Source: Octopus sinensis (taxonomy: Eukaryota). Taken from it: DNA of 64,000 bases. Numbering within the stretch: position 1 is the stretch's first letter; each line of letters starts with the position of its first letter. The stretch spans positions 56,544,001-56,608,000 of the forward strand of contig NC_043003.1 in NCBI RefSeq assembly GCF_006345805.1, in the 5' to 3' direction. Below the pieces are notes generated by a model, which had not been told where the DNA came from, did no database searches, and was given only the letters and a program-made list of their open reading frames with translations. Both the position numbers and the translations under genes were made by a program. Of the stretch, positions 39,238 to 52,382 are shown one piece after another.

Positions 39238-39297
39238 GTATATATATATATGTGTATATGTATATATATATTATATATATATGTATATATGTATATA

Positions 39298-39360
<63 letters not shown>

Positions 39361-40058
39361 ACTTACCTATCTATTTACTTAACTGACTTTCTGATTTCCT
39401 TAATCCTTCCTTCCCTCTTTTTGTCCCTCCTCTCCTCCTCCTTACCTCCCCATCTATCTGTCGGTCTATCTATCTATCTATCGTTATGCATGTCATAAAT
39501 TCTCACAAATATACGCATACAAACTGTATATAAACTAATGTAAGTGTATAAATAACATTGTTCTTCCAACAGTTGATCTGTGTATAAAGGTCTCCAGCTA
39601 CGTTTCGCCCCAAGTTTCACAGCAACCGGTCATAGTAGTCGATAAAAAAAAAGGTCTGTGTAACTTTTCAAGAGATAATGTATTTTTAATGTCGTAACGA
39701 TATTAGTATCACCAATAAAATAACCGGAAAGAGAGGAGGAATACAATCACCAATGCTACCGTCATCACTGTTCAACAACTATATAATCTCATTATCAGAA
39801 TTCCGCAACAACAGCAACACTATAACATTATCAGATATTGTGTGTTAACAGCAGATCACAGCATACAATGAATCTCATCACAGTCTCCTAGTGAATCTCT
39901 TCTCGCCATTCAACGTTTCACTATCTACATCATTATGCATTCCTTCTTTCATACATACATACACATATATACATATACATTACACACATATATATATATA
40001 TATACATATATAAATATGTGTGTGTATGCGTGTGTGTATATATGCACACATAGATATG

Positions 40059-40108
<50 letters not shown>

Positions 40109-40565
40109 TCTATACTTACCTCTATATGTATATGCTTATATGTATGTTTCTGAATCTGTCTTATCTGCCTTGTCTCTCTAAAATACAACATACATACACA
40201 TATACACACACACACATGAACATACTCACAAAGAGTGAAACACAGTGACACACTACACGACATCACACACACCACACGACCCCCCCCCATATATATATAT
40301 ATATGTATGTATATCAGCTCAATATATCTAATGTAATAGTATTTGTAGCTCGATAACCTGAGACGAACGTAAATAAAGCAAAAATATTGCCACAACAACA
40401 ACAACAAAAGGAACAAGAAATTACATCGTGGCTTTTTAAAAAGATATATTTAAAAAAAGTCCCATAAGGTTAAGCAAGAAAGCAACGACAACAACAACAA
40501 TAACATAAGTGCACCCACATCACCAATAATGATGAATATAGAAATAATAATAATAATACTAATAC

Positions 40566-40607
<42 letters not shown>

Positions 40608-41332
40608 AGCAAGCGGTAACAACAACATCGATCGCAAAAGAAAGTACAAGTGAAACCATACCAAATAAAATAAATCTAAGGCAATAAAAACTGAAGTGAC
40701 ATCAAACATAGGTCGATAATCTAGATTGATATCCACATTAAGATATGTTTTATTATTTTCTGCTTATTCTTCATACATACATACATACATACATACATAC
40801 ATACATACATACATACGTAATACATACATCCGTAATACATACATACATATATATATATAATAGACAATTGACAGTATCTGTAAATCTTCGTAGCTGTTCA
40901 CCTTCCAACATTTTCTTCCGTCTTTTTGTTATATTACTTTGTTTTCCGTTCACAAAGCGAATATATAGATAAAAACAAGCTATGTATATTTATGTGTGTG
41001 TTCCCGTCGTATTTATTATTGGTTTCGCTGTTGTTGTTGTTGAGGCTGTTGTTCTTGTTGCTATTTAGCCCCATTTTATACATGATCGAACAAATCTATA
41101 AATAAAGGCGTTCCAGTCTAGACCAATCTTCTTTTTTTCTATTAGTCTGCGAGGTAGTAGGGCCATTATTGCCGTGGCTTGAATACCTTGCTTTATACAT
41201 TGCGGCTGTCTGTGGCGTAAGTTCAAGACCATACATGGACTACTTTATCTTACATCTTTTCGAGTTCAATAAACACTTTACAAAATTAAGACTGAATGAG
41301 GTGTGGGTCAATTCTTCACTTGCTCTCTCTTT

Positions 41333-41376
<44 letters not shown>

Positions 41377-41754
41377 TTCTCTCTCTCTCTCTCTCTCTCT
41401 CTCTTTCACTATCTTCCTTTCTTATTTCAATTCCCTTTCACACCTCTCTTCGTCGCTATTCCTTTTTGAAGAAATCGTTGACAGGGCAAAAAATTGTGTC
41501 TGTCTTCTCTAACATGCTCACGACACACTGTATTTCATGATCATAGCCTACAACTCAATCTGGAATTGAAGACCTAATGCATTGGTTTTGGTATAGACAA
41601 GAATTCATTGTGCAATCTGGTTTTAGATATTTTAAAGATGGCAGATGATAAACAAGGAAAATTTGGCTAATACATTTCACTGTCTAAGCGAACAAGCGAA
41701 TACTACTCACATGAGACATTGTTTCAATAATTTTCGCATGCGTAATAGGAAAAC

Positions 41755-41960
41755 AGGGAGAATCGCTGACATGACGCTCAAAATGCTTAGAGGAATTTCA
41801 TCTAGGCTCTTTACGTTCTGAGCTTACATCATGCCGTGATCAACTCTGCTTTGCATCTTCTTTATAAACAAAAACTGGTTTTATAAACTAAAATAGCAGT
41901 TACATACCGATGTAGATGTAATCGACTTGCCTCTTCCCTCAAAATTGCTGGTTCGTGTTA
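41755..41960 (+). mobile_element. Degenerate SINE family B
   Basis: ggagaatcgctgacatgacgctcaaaatgcttag...tacgttctgag...gatgtaatcgactt. Confidence 0.55.
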
Positions 41961-43706
41961 CATACTGCGTCGCGTTCAAGAAGAATTTTATGATCTCCAT
42001 CAATTACAAGCTATGGAAACTAGGTAACCGGCCTTGTTATTCCTAGGGCTCGAGAAAAAATAGAGTTAACTAGGTTTAACATCAAATCTCAGCTCTGACC
42101 CTGTTAGAGATTCGTCTTGCTACTATCAGAACCATTTAACCGAATTCTCTACTATAGGAACAATTCAGTATTTTTGTGCAATGCTCTATACTTAAGTAAG
42201 ATTTGAGACAGTTCCTTCCGTCTGAATATGCTAAATAAATACCGTCAGATCAATATCAATAAATCAATGTAATACGAAACAAAGCACGTGATAATTTCAT
42301 TTGATTATGCTTGTCCTAAGGAAAATTTCGTCAACAACTTACAGCCCAACAAAGAATTCTTGTGCTAATTTTATGCTCCAAATTACACACAGGCCGCAAA
42401 CTATCTGAACTAATAGCTAAGCAATCATCGCTTTATACAAAAAAGAAAATGTTTTACATGGTCTAGAATATCATTATTTTCTGTCATTCTCTTTCTTTAA
42501 CATTCTCCATATCACATATATCAGATCTCCCCCCCCCATTGCACACGTCATATATCTATACACCTTATGAATACATACTTTTATTTATATACTTGTATAC
42601 ATGCAAGTATTCTTTCATCCTTCTACCTTGTATATCTATCACACTCAGACTTACACGCTATTTTGTATAATGTTTATTGTGATAAACGAAAAAGTGCATC
42701 GGTACGCACCATACCCGACACTAGCTATATAGTTCATAAATATAACCTTTTTATTTACAACACACAGCTGGAATATTTACCCGAGTGCAAAAATAGAATG
42801 ACTTATATAACATGTAAAATTGACGGCAAAAATATAAGTTACACACTTCACAACTCGAACAACTATGTTGGGAGGACGCTTACTACCCTCTATCGTAGGC
42901 TCATTTAAAACCATGGGCAGTTGTACCACGCTTCAGCGCACACTATCAAACATAGCTATACTGGAAAACATTAGAATAAATCACTTTCTTTCTTTATAGA
43001 ATCCTCCAAAGAAATAGTAATCTGAGTATGGCATCAATTCATAGCACGAAGCAAGACAACAATTGACACAGAATATACGTTCGCCATAATCTGATTTCCA
43101 TTGACGTAGCCCTTTAAGGCTTTAAGCGTCTAGATTAGGCTGGGAAATCTATATAAATGTAAGGCAGTCACTATAGAAAAGATCAGCACAAGAGACACGA
43201 ACTATTCCCACTCCTGAACAGAAGAGAACGTCGAGAACAGGTAATTAGGGGACTCCACTGTTCCAAATGAACTTTAAGAACAACTAAAAAAGCTGACAGG
43301 AAACAATGTATTACAACCCAGTAGACTTCACAAAATAGGATATTTTGTAGAACGGCGGTATTCTCCACATATATAATTATGTGTGTTTGTTAGAATGTGT
43401 AGGAGAGTGTGTGTATGTATGCTTTTATTTTGTGTGATTGTTGCTGTTGAGCTTTGGTAGTATGGGACTTCAAGCATGTGCTAGTGCTGAGTTGATGGAC
43501 TAAGACCTTAATATTGGTACCTTGCTCCAGAGACATCCCAGTCTAATGAAATAAACATGACACAGGGGGTCGGGAAGAATAGATATAATATAATAGCTTT
43601 TATATATATACGTATACATACATATATGCATATATATATATATATATATATGTAATATAATATAATATAATATGATATGATATAATATAATAATAACAAC
43701 AACAAC

Positions 43707-43740
<34 letters not shown>

Positions 43741-44245
43741 ATAATTTCAACAATTGAGGGTAAAATTAATTAATCAATTTCACCAAGTATTCAGTATGCA
43801 AAGGGACCATTTAAGGCGAATTCAAATTATTACATTATATAAAAGGGCTTAGTAAAATAAATTACTTTGCCGCATACTGAACTCATTAGAAATAGCAGCT
43901 AAAAAAACTTTTTTAAAACTATTTCTAATACTTAAAGAATACTTAATACTTAAATGGTCCCTTTGCATACTGAATACTTGGTGAAATTGATTAATTAATT
44001 AATTTTACCCTCAATTGTTGAAATTATAATTCATCTCTCTCTATGTAATGCCTCGGATTTTACCGAAAAAAGCGTAGTGTTTACTGATTTTAACCCACGC
44101 TGGTGGAAAGGGGAGAGCAGAAATTCTTCGCTTGCATTTTTTAGTTTGCTGGCACTGTTAGTTTCGAGCAGATCTTCAGAAGCGATAAGAAGCCGAAAGG
44201 GTATGCTCCCACTTTCAGTGTTTCAAAATCCAAACCAGGGAGTTC

Positions 44246-44298
44246 TGAGCTGATGATAGAAGTGTCGAGTTTGACTAATCTTGAAACGTACGTTCTCA
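44246..44298 (+). ncRNA. Type-I hammerhead with canonical core
   Basis: TGAG|CTGATGA|t aga agt gtc gagttt gac taa tct t|GAA ACGTACGT T|CTCA: 4-bp stem I, imperfect stem II, 8-nt palindromic stem III, GUU site. Confidence 0.8.
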
Positions 44299-44789
44299 AA
44301 TAACCTTTGCATTTGTTTTTTAATGTCTCTACCCCCATACTTTCGTGAGTTGAATTGAGCAAACACTATATGAGAGAGGTTTTCTTTAAGTATTAGAAAT
44401 AGTTTTAAAAAAGTTTTTTTAGCTGCTATTTCTAATGAGTTCAGTATGCGGCAAAGTAATTTATTTTACTAAGCCCTTTTATATAATGTAATAATTGAAT
44501 TCGCCTTAAATGGTCCCTTTGCATACTGAATACTTGGTGAATTGATTAATTAATTATTTTACCCTCATTGTTGAATTATAATTCATCTCTCTCTATGTAA
44601 TGCCTCGGATTTTACCGAAAAAGCATAGTGTTTACTGATTTTAACCCACGCTGGTGGAAAGGGGAGAGCAGAATTCTTCGCTTGCATTTTTGATTTGCTG
44701 GACTGTTAGTTTCGAGCAGATCTTCAGAAGCGATAAGAAGCCGAAAGGGTATTCCACTTTCAGTTTTTTCAAATCCAAACCAGGAGTTC

Positions 44790-44836
44790 TGAGCTATGAT
44801 AGTGTCGAGTTTGACTAATCTTGACGTACGTTCTCA
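44790..44836 (+). ncRNA. Second-unit hammerhead with core deletions (lacks G5 and two A of GAAA)
   Basis: TGAG CT-ATGA tag---tgtcgagtttgactaatctt GA--CGTACGT T CTCA. Confidence 0.55.
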
Positions 44837-45015
44837 AATACCTTTGCATTTGATTTTTTAATGTCTCTAATATACTTTCGTGAGTAATTGAGCAACACTA
44901 TATGAGAGAGGTTTTCTTTATTATTAGAAATAGTTTTAAAAAAGTTTTTTTAGCTGCTATTTCTATGAGTTCAGTATGCGGCAAAGTAATTATTTTACTA
45001 AGCTTTTATATAATT

Positions 45016-45055
<40 letters not shown>

Positions 45056-45145
45056 TATATATATATATCTTAAGAATATATTTATATTTTAAAAGATTAT
45101 TTACGTATATTTATCAATTAATTATTTTATTATTGTATTTATTTC

Positions 45146-45228
45146 AGACCTGATGAGTGGCTATACCTATATTGAACTGAATTTACTACTAATAATAATA
45201 TTAAATATAGCCAGGAAAGACATGTCTT
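45146..45228 (+). ncRNA. Hammerhead-like motif with a long AT-rich stem II loop; stem I unresolved
   Basis: CTGATGA (45150-45156) G TGGCTATA..40 nt..TATAGCCA G GAA AGACATGTCT T; 8-bp stem II, 10-nt palindromic stem III, G.G at 10.1/11.1. Confidence 0.45.
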
Positions 45229-46401
45229 TATTCTACCAAATATATACGTTTTGTTCATTATTTTTCATATTACTTAATCATCGGTATATTATTTTTTATC
45301 AACATCAGAGCAATGATTGCCCAAGAGCATTTCATCACCCGGTCTAGTGACTGAAACCACGATCTGGTGTTCGTGAATGCAATATATATGTTTGTATGTA
45401 TATGTATATCTCTGTAGATATGTGTATATATACATATAAATATATGAAGAGTGAGAGAGAGAAAGATAAATCTGAATGAAAACACTCTAGACGCATATAA
45501 AGATTGCATATCAATCAAGGTAGCGTTTTATAAAATGCCATTGCATCAGAAATGGTTTCTAAATATATTTACATACATAGAACAGTTAGAAATCGGGCAT
45601 TAACTTCCAAAGAAATATATGGTACATCTCGGCTGAAAGCATTATTGCTGTTGGCTCGAGTTAAAAGCGACATTCCCTGTTTAATATTGTAGAGAGAGCA
45701 ATTTCGATTCCTCTTTCGTTTTTCTTTTTGTCTTTTATCACAGATTGAGATTAATAACCAGTGTAACTTTTATCTGTAACTCGTTAATTATGACTCGAAT
45801 GTTATTCCATATTCAGAAATATTAAAACAGTTTTCTTGAATCAAAAGGATATGTGCGAGCACATATCGGAAGCATGTACTACATGTTATAAAGATAAAAT
45901 ATTGGCAAACTGAAATTTTCAAAATTATCTTACACGAAAATAAAAGGCATTAAATGTAGATCATTTCAACAAAAATGGCGTAATAAAGTACAGCAAAATG
46001 AAATACAGAAGAAAAAGAAAAAACATTTTCAAGTTAATATTTACAAAAATGAAAAATTATCTGAAGATGGTAATCAAAGTTTATCACGGAGCAGTTATAT
46101 GAAATATTTCTCTCTCCCTCTCTGTATATCTCCTTGCTTATCGTTTTATCTGTCTTTCTCTTTCATTTTCTCCTTTGTCTATATACATTTAATTTATACA
46201 CACATATATCTATCTACACACACACAACAAATGCATATTCTCCCAAACAAAAAAGCACATATGTGTGTGTGAATGTATGTGTGTGTGTGTGAATGCATGT
46301 GTGTGTGTGTCACCTATTCAGCAGCTAGTTTTTCATACTTGCATGGATTGGACATACTTCACTGAGGCAGATTTTCTTCCCTTGGAGTCTTCCTTTTGCA
46401 G

Positions 46402-46549
46402 GATAATAGAAAAGAATGATATTCATTTGCAGAAATTGTGTGATATCATCACAAGGCGCAAGAAACATATACGCACTAACAAGATCAACCAGGAAGAGCG
46501 GTTTACTGCCGGATATCTTACACCATTTCACGTATCAAGTCACTTGTAA
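46402..46549 (+). CDS. Possible orphan exon, product unknown
   Basis: Strong acceptor tcttccttttgcag| followed by one open frame IIEKNDIHLQKLCDIITRRKKHIRTNKINQEERFTAGYLTPFHVSSHL*; no family recognised. Confidence 0.2.
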
Positions 46550-47398
46550 TCAATGAGTGTAAAGTAAAATAGAAGAAGCAGACAGTTCTATATTTAAGAG
46601 ATAAGGAATTATGTACATTATTTACATTATTGACATTTGACGGATACTTGTCATCTTCTTTGTTGTTAACAACAAATACATAAGACAAAAATTCATATAT
46701 ATACTGATGAAACTTTTCGTACAGATACCAATAGAGACATGCTTTTCCTGCTTATGCGTTCCATTTACAAGCCCAACTCGACCATTAGCTTATGTCAGAA
46801 ATCATACGGGGTAAATATAGTACCGCAGCATAATATAATGACAAGAGAACTAAAAAATTATCTATATTTATAAATTGAATATATATTCATTAAAATGATT
46901 ATATAAGTGGCTAGCGTATAAAAATGACCATATCGGAAAAATAAATGTTTAAGTTTATAATTATATAAATATAATTATGATTAAGGACGATGGAATGCCA
47001 GAAGTAGAGATCAAATGCATGTATATATTGGTACCTATTAGATTCATCAATAGATTTATCAATATTTATATAATTTTCTGGCATATATTTTTTTCTCGGT
47101 GTATTGCTACTGAGGATTGCAAAGTAATATTTATTACAGGGCATGAAATCTTGAGATATAGGATTATCTGGAATTTTCAAAATCATTTCCCCCATTGCGT
47201 ACCATTCGATAAGGGGTTATAAATGGAGAACATATACAGATTGGATTGTAGGTATTTGACATGCACTTTCAGTGCCCTTAATCATATTATATTTTTATAA
47301 TTATATACTAAAACTTAATTTTATACATATGGTCATTTGCTATTCACTAGCCACTGATATAATAATTTTAATGATTATGTCCCCAATTTATATGTGTG

Positions 47399-47440
<42 letters not shown>

Positions 47441-47448
47441 ATATATAA

Positions 47449-47655
47449 ATATAAAAAAAGGAAATGAAGAAAATGCTGACAAAATGATTTAAGTAAAAAA
47501 AATCTATCAGAAAGGAACTCTATCTCTCTTAAAAAAATATCTTTTGATAAGCATAACAAATGCGCAACCGGTAAAAAGAACTTTCACCTAATTAAATACA
47601 CTCTCCCTTACTTAAATCATTTTGCCAGCATTTTCTTCATTTCCTTTTTTATATA
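47449..47655. repeat. Fold-back element: ~48-bp arms (47449-47496 / 47608-47655), ~111-bp spacer
   Basis: aaggaaatgaagaaaatgctgacaaaatgatttaagtaa vs ttacttaaatcattttgccagcattttcttcatttcctt; abuts (TA)n. Confidence 0.9.
47540..47579 (+). ncRNA. Relic U3-A8 hammerhead in the spacer (A13 changed to C)
   Basis: TCTT|TTGATAA|GCAT aacaa ATGC|GCA ACCGGT A|AAAAGA; stem I register is off by two A's. Confidence 0.45.
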
Positions 47656-47684
47656 TCACAACTCGTGTTCCACATCTTTTTTAA

Positions 47685-47729
<45 letters not shown>

Positions 47730-48797
47730 ATGTGTGTGTGTGTGTGTCTGTGTGCGTGTGTGTATATATATACATCTATATATATATATATATTTATACA
47801 TATGTATGTATATATAACTATATATGTATTTATAAATATGTATGTATATGAATGTATACTCATGCGCACACGTACGCACACACACACACACGCAGACACA
47901 TATATATGCATGCAGGTTTATGCAGCAATTTATATGTGGATGCACACATACATATGAAATCCATTCAAACAAGACGATGTCTACAGAAAAGAATAAGATT
48001 TGATTGATAAAGCAAAATAAAATTTGTTAAGACAGATGCTTACTCTTCTTTTTTGTTGATCAACATATCCTGGCTCTTTGGCTTGCTTTTCTTTCTTCGT
48101 ACACCATCTCTCTCTCTCTCTCTGTCTCTCTCTGTCTCTCCCTTTCTCTCTCTGTCTCTCCCTTTTTCTCTCTCTCTCTCTCTCTCTACCTTCTTCTCCT
48201 GCTTTTACAACGTTTTCCTGCTGTATGTTTTCGATTGGCTGCGATTATTTTCATTATTATATAGTATTTATTCATCTGCCATCTTCATCCTCGCTATAAA
48301 CGTCGTCGTCATCATCATCATCATCATCATCGTCATCGTTGCTGTCATCGTCGTCATCGTCATCGTCATCATAATCATCATCTTCTTCTTGTTCCTCTTC
48401 TTTTCTTTTTTTTTTTTTCTTCTTCTTCTTCTTCTTCTTCTTCTATTTCTTCTTTTGCTCTCCTACACATTCCCTACCCTAACCCACACTCCATTTTCTC
48501 CTCCTTCTGTTTCTCAATATATTCCATTTTATTTCACTTTTCTCTCTCATCTATCATTTCCTTTCTTACCATTCTTTATATTTCTTTGTGTGAGTTTTTT
48601 CCCCTCCATGATTTTCTATCACTGCTGTTATTATTCCAGTATGTATAAATAGTATAGACTATTGGTATTTAGATTTAATTACAAAAGGCATTTCAACTTT
48701 GTAAGATATATTTTTTCTTTATTACTAATGCTTTTGTTGCTACTCCTCTTGTTGATTGTGTTGTTGTTGATAAATTATTATTGTTATTGTTGTTGTA

Positions 48798-48861
<64 letters not shown>

Positions 48862-49744
48862 TATTATTATTATCTGCAATTCACTCCACTTACCTGGGTT
48901 AATATATTTCTGCGGAGAACAAATAAAATATAACAATGCATCTTGTGTGTATGTATATATATATATATACATACATCCATACACATATTTACACACACGC
49001 GAGGACACATACACACAGAGACACAGAAGCATAAGCATGTGTGTGTGTTTATATATGTATATGTATATGTATATGTATATTTATATATATATACGCAGAA
49101 AATTAGATAGATAAATAGATAGACTGATTCATGCATACATAACATCCATATAAACATACATACATACATACATACTTGCATACAAAAGTACATACATATC
49201 AAATGAATACACGTAAAAAGAAGTATAAAAAGTGAGTTAAACAATGTAAAACTTGAAAGGAAAATATATTTTTATTTTTACACTTTATCACGAATGTAAC
49301 TTTAACCTCGACAAAATACATAGCTAACATAGATTGAGTTTTTGTTTTTCGTTATTTTGTTTTTATTTCGTTTCTTTTCGAGATAAAGATAAGAGACAAA
49401 CGGTGAATTAGTGGTTGCAATTTCGATTGTCAGGCAATTTTTATAATTTATCAGAAATGCATAGAGTCAGAAAGACGCAAGTACTCAGACAGACAAACTT
49501 ATATTTGAATATGTGAGCTTTCATACGCATGTACATGTCTACCAAATTTGGTCTTATATTCGTGTAACCCTACTAAAATGAAAATATGCGTAACACCCGT
49601 AGTATGCTTTAAAAGACATATACATTTCTGTCTAGCTCACAGTCTGTCATATATATATATAAAGAACATAAGAGATAACAATGTTAGTGGCCGCAAGCTT
49701 TAAGCCGTATAGGCAAAATTAATAGATATATAAGTATTATGTAT

Positions 49745-50240
49745 AACAAGGGCGCTATGAAGCATCAGCTTTGCAAACAATAAGAGTCAAAAATATTCCG
49801 AAGCCACATAAATTAACAGTAGATTTTCACTGGCATGTTTGGAAAGAAACTAAGTGAATAAGGATTGCGGCTTACATCTGCAAATTTGCAAGAAGGAATA
49901 CCGGTTAACCTGGTATCATAACCTGGTATCTTATACAATAAGATGTATAGAAGGACGATGCAGTAACAAGACAATGTCATACGTAGGGGAAACGGCAAGA
50001 AGCATAGGAGAGCGGGTAAATGACATTGGAGACAACTCAAGGAAGGTAAAAGCTCATCCATTCTGTACCAACACGCCGAACAGGAACACGGGGGATCAAT
50101 CAACAACATAGAAATTAAAACATTGTCCACACATAGAACAGATGCAACAATCAGACAAATTACAGAAGCTACACACATAATAGAAAATAAACCTAGCCTG
50201 AATGGAAAACTAGAATGGAACAATAGCACACACCACAACA
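49745..50240 (+). mobile_element. Penelope-like element remnant: GIY-YIG endonuclease C-terminus (family distinct from 54.5-58 kb)
   Basis: YTIRCIEGRCSNKTMSYVGETARSIGERV [frameshift] SSILYQHAEQEH..STHRTDATIRQITEATHIIENKPSLNGKLEWN. Confidence 0.8.
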
Positions 50241-50634
50241 TATGACGGTAGAGGATCCCGAAAACATAATAAATACACATATAAATAAACAAATAGAAAT
50301 AAATAACTATATATATATATTTTTTTGATTTATTATTATTATTACTAGTATTGTTGTTATACATACATACATAAAAGCATATGTAATGATAATGATAAGT
50401 GGATGTAAACACATGAACAAAATAAGAATAAACAAAAACAACAACAAAAACAAATTATATGAACGTATATAAACAGAATATACAAATATTACAGGCTTCC
50501 CCCCACACGCACACTAAATAAACATAAACGCACATAGAGATATAAGCATTTGCAAATGAAGACATACAATAGAAATACAAAATGGCTGACGTTTAGAAAG
50601 GAGAGACACAAATAAGAAAGAAGTAAAGAAAGGA

Positions 50635-50674
50635 CCACTGATGCGGTCACAGGAGTGTGACGAAAGAACTCTGG
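50635..50674 (+). ncRNA. Minimal type-I hammerhead (A9 changed to C) about 400 bp downstream of the GIY-YIG remnant
   Basis: CCA|CTGATGC G|GTCACA ggag TGTGAC|GAA AGAACT C|TGG: 6-bp stem II, CUC site. Confidence 0.7.
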
Positions 50675-50853
50675 CCGAAATAAGATTAAGATTAATGTAA
50701 AAAATAAATAACACTGAAGCAAAGTAACACCAAATATATAGTGCATGTGTTTTTATTGGCTAAACTGGCAAAATGACCATTCCGAAATATAACAATATCT
50801 GTTTCAACACACGACTTCACATAAAAAAATCTTGCACAACAAATATATAAACG

Positions 50854-50887
<34 letters not shown>

Positions 50888-50916
50888 ATTTATACACACA
50901 GACGCACACACAGACT

Positions 50917-50961
<45 letters not shown>

Positions 50962-51440
50962 ATATATATATGTAAGTCATCTGAAATAATAGTAAAATAA
51001 CTAGGACGAATTTTCATGAGTGGAACAAACTTAAGGATATTCTAGAATGGATTAGCCATGATGACGGTGATCATGGACTTGCTGGAAAAAATTTTAAAAG
51101 AGTAATTTAATTTAAATACTTATTGAAATATGAATTGTGTATAAAATGTAATCTTATGTGTAGGATTCCAACATATAGTAAATTCAGCTGATTATATTTT
51201 TCAATATATAAATCAGCACTAGATATAACGAAAGCAAAGAGAGAAACATTTACGCCGTTGGTAGATAATGTGTAAGAATCAGCTAAATATATCTCGGATC
51301 GCATTCTACTCCCTTAAGATTAGGTGATGTAGAACACAGGGCCGGAAAGAATACCTATGCTGTTAGTTCTACACAATGCATGTTTGGAGTTTACTATGAT
51401 ATAATATACGTACATACATACATACATATATACATATATT

Positions 51441-51597
51441 CGATGGGCTTCTTTCAGTTTCTATCTACCAAATGCAACGACAAATCTTTGGTCGCCCCAA
51501 GGCTATATTAGAAGATGCTCGCCAACAGGCAGTGGGACTGAACCCGGAATCATGTAGTTGGGAATTAAGCTTCTTACCACACAGCTATGCGTACGCA
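51441..51597 (-). mobile_element. SINE family A 5' half
   Basis: gggcttctttcagtttc...gtgggactgaacccggaatcatgtagttgg...cttcttaccacacagc. Confidence 0.8.
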
Positions 51598-52382
51598 TAT
51601 AATGACTATATAGAGTATTGCCCGAAACGCTTTGTTTGGTGACTTGTACTTTTAGTTTATTGTAGCCTTACTTGATGGCTGTTGATTTGGAGCCAAATAT
51701 TTCCATGAATGGAAGCGTGGCGAAACCAACGATATCGAAATAAAAGCAACTTTAGGGGAAACGCGTTTCCGACATTCGGAAGCAGAGACTGTTATATAAT
51801 CTCTGTGCTCTGGAGAAATGTTTCTTGCTAATAACAATAGCGAACGTCATACATAGGTCGAATATGGATTCTCCATAAACAATTAATTTCAGTAGTAAAG
51901 AGTAATCTTCTCCTGGATCAAGCGAGTAATTACATTAATATGTTTATTAGTCTTCACTAATGACGGAAGAAAAAAAACAAAACAATCGTTTTGATTTCTG
52001 TCGAGTCGTCACATCTCACAGTCAATTTGTCTGTTGTTTCGGTCGATTTCCTTATTATACAGATGCAATGAGTTGTTATTCTATTTAAGTCTGTATTATA
52101 AATGTCCTAAGTAATTAGTCTGATGTTGTCAACTTTCATGATTCTGTTACAGAATATTTTTGTCTCTTATTGTATACAATGTATATATTATCGTGATTTA
52201 TCATTGTTTTTTTCCTGTTTTTAAATCATTATTATTCTGCTGAGGTCAGCATTACCGTGCTTTCACTATCATCGCTACTACGATTATGCCGTAAGATATT
52301 TATATTGTTTGCATTTATGTCAGTCTGAAATTGAATTTATTCTAATATCGGTAACGGAGAACCATCTTATCTTTCTGTCTAG

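Larger units (their letters stand above)
43741..45013 (+). mobile_element. Non-coding hammerhead-bearing tandem array (PLE pLTR / retrozyme-like): inverted partial copy plus ~2 tandem units of ~556 bp
   Basis: Units start cttaaatggtccc at 43949 and 44505; 43741-43938 is the reverse complement of ~44381-44581; (TA)n on both sides. Confidence 0.85.

Noticed and set aside
51667-51800. In-frame TGA after GC (LLDGC*FGAKYFHEWK...) as a selenocysteine codon
   Set aside because: No selenoprotein family resemblance and no SECIS identified
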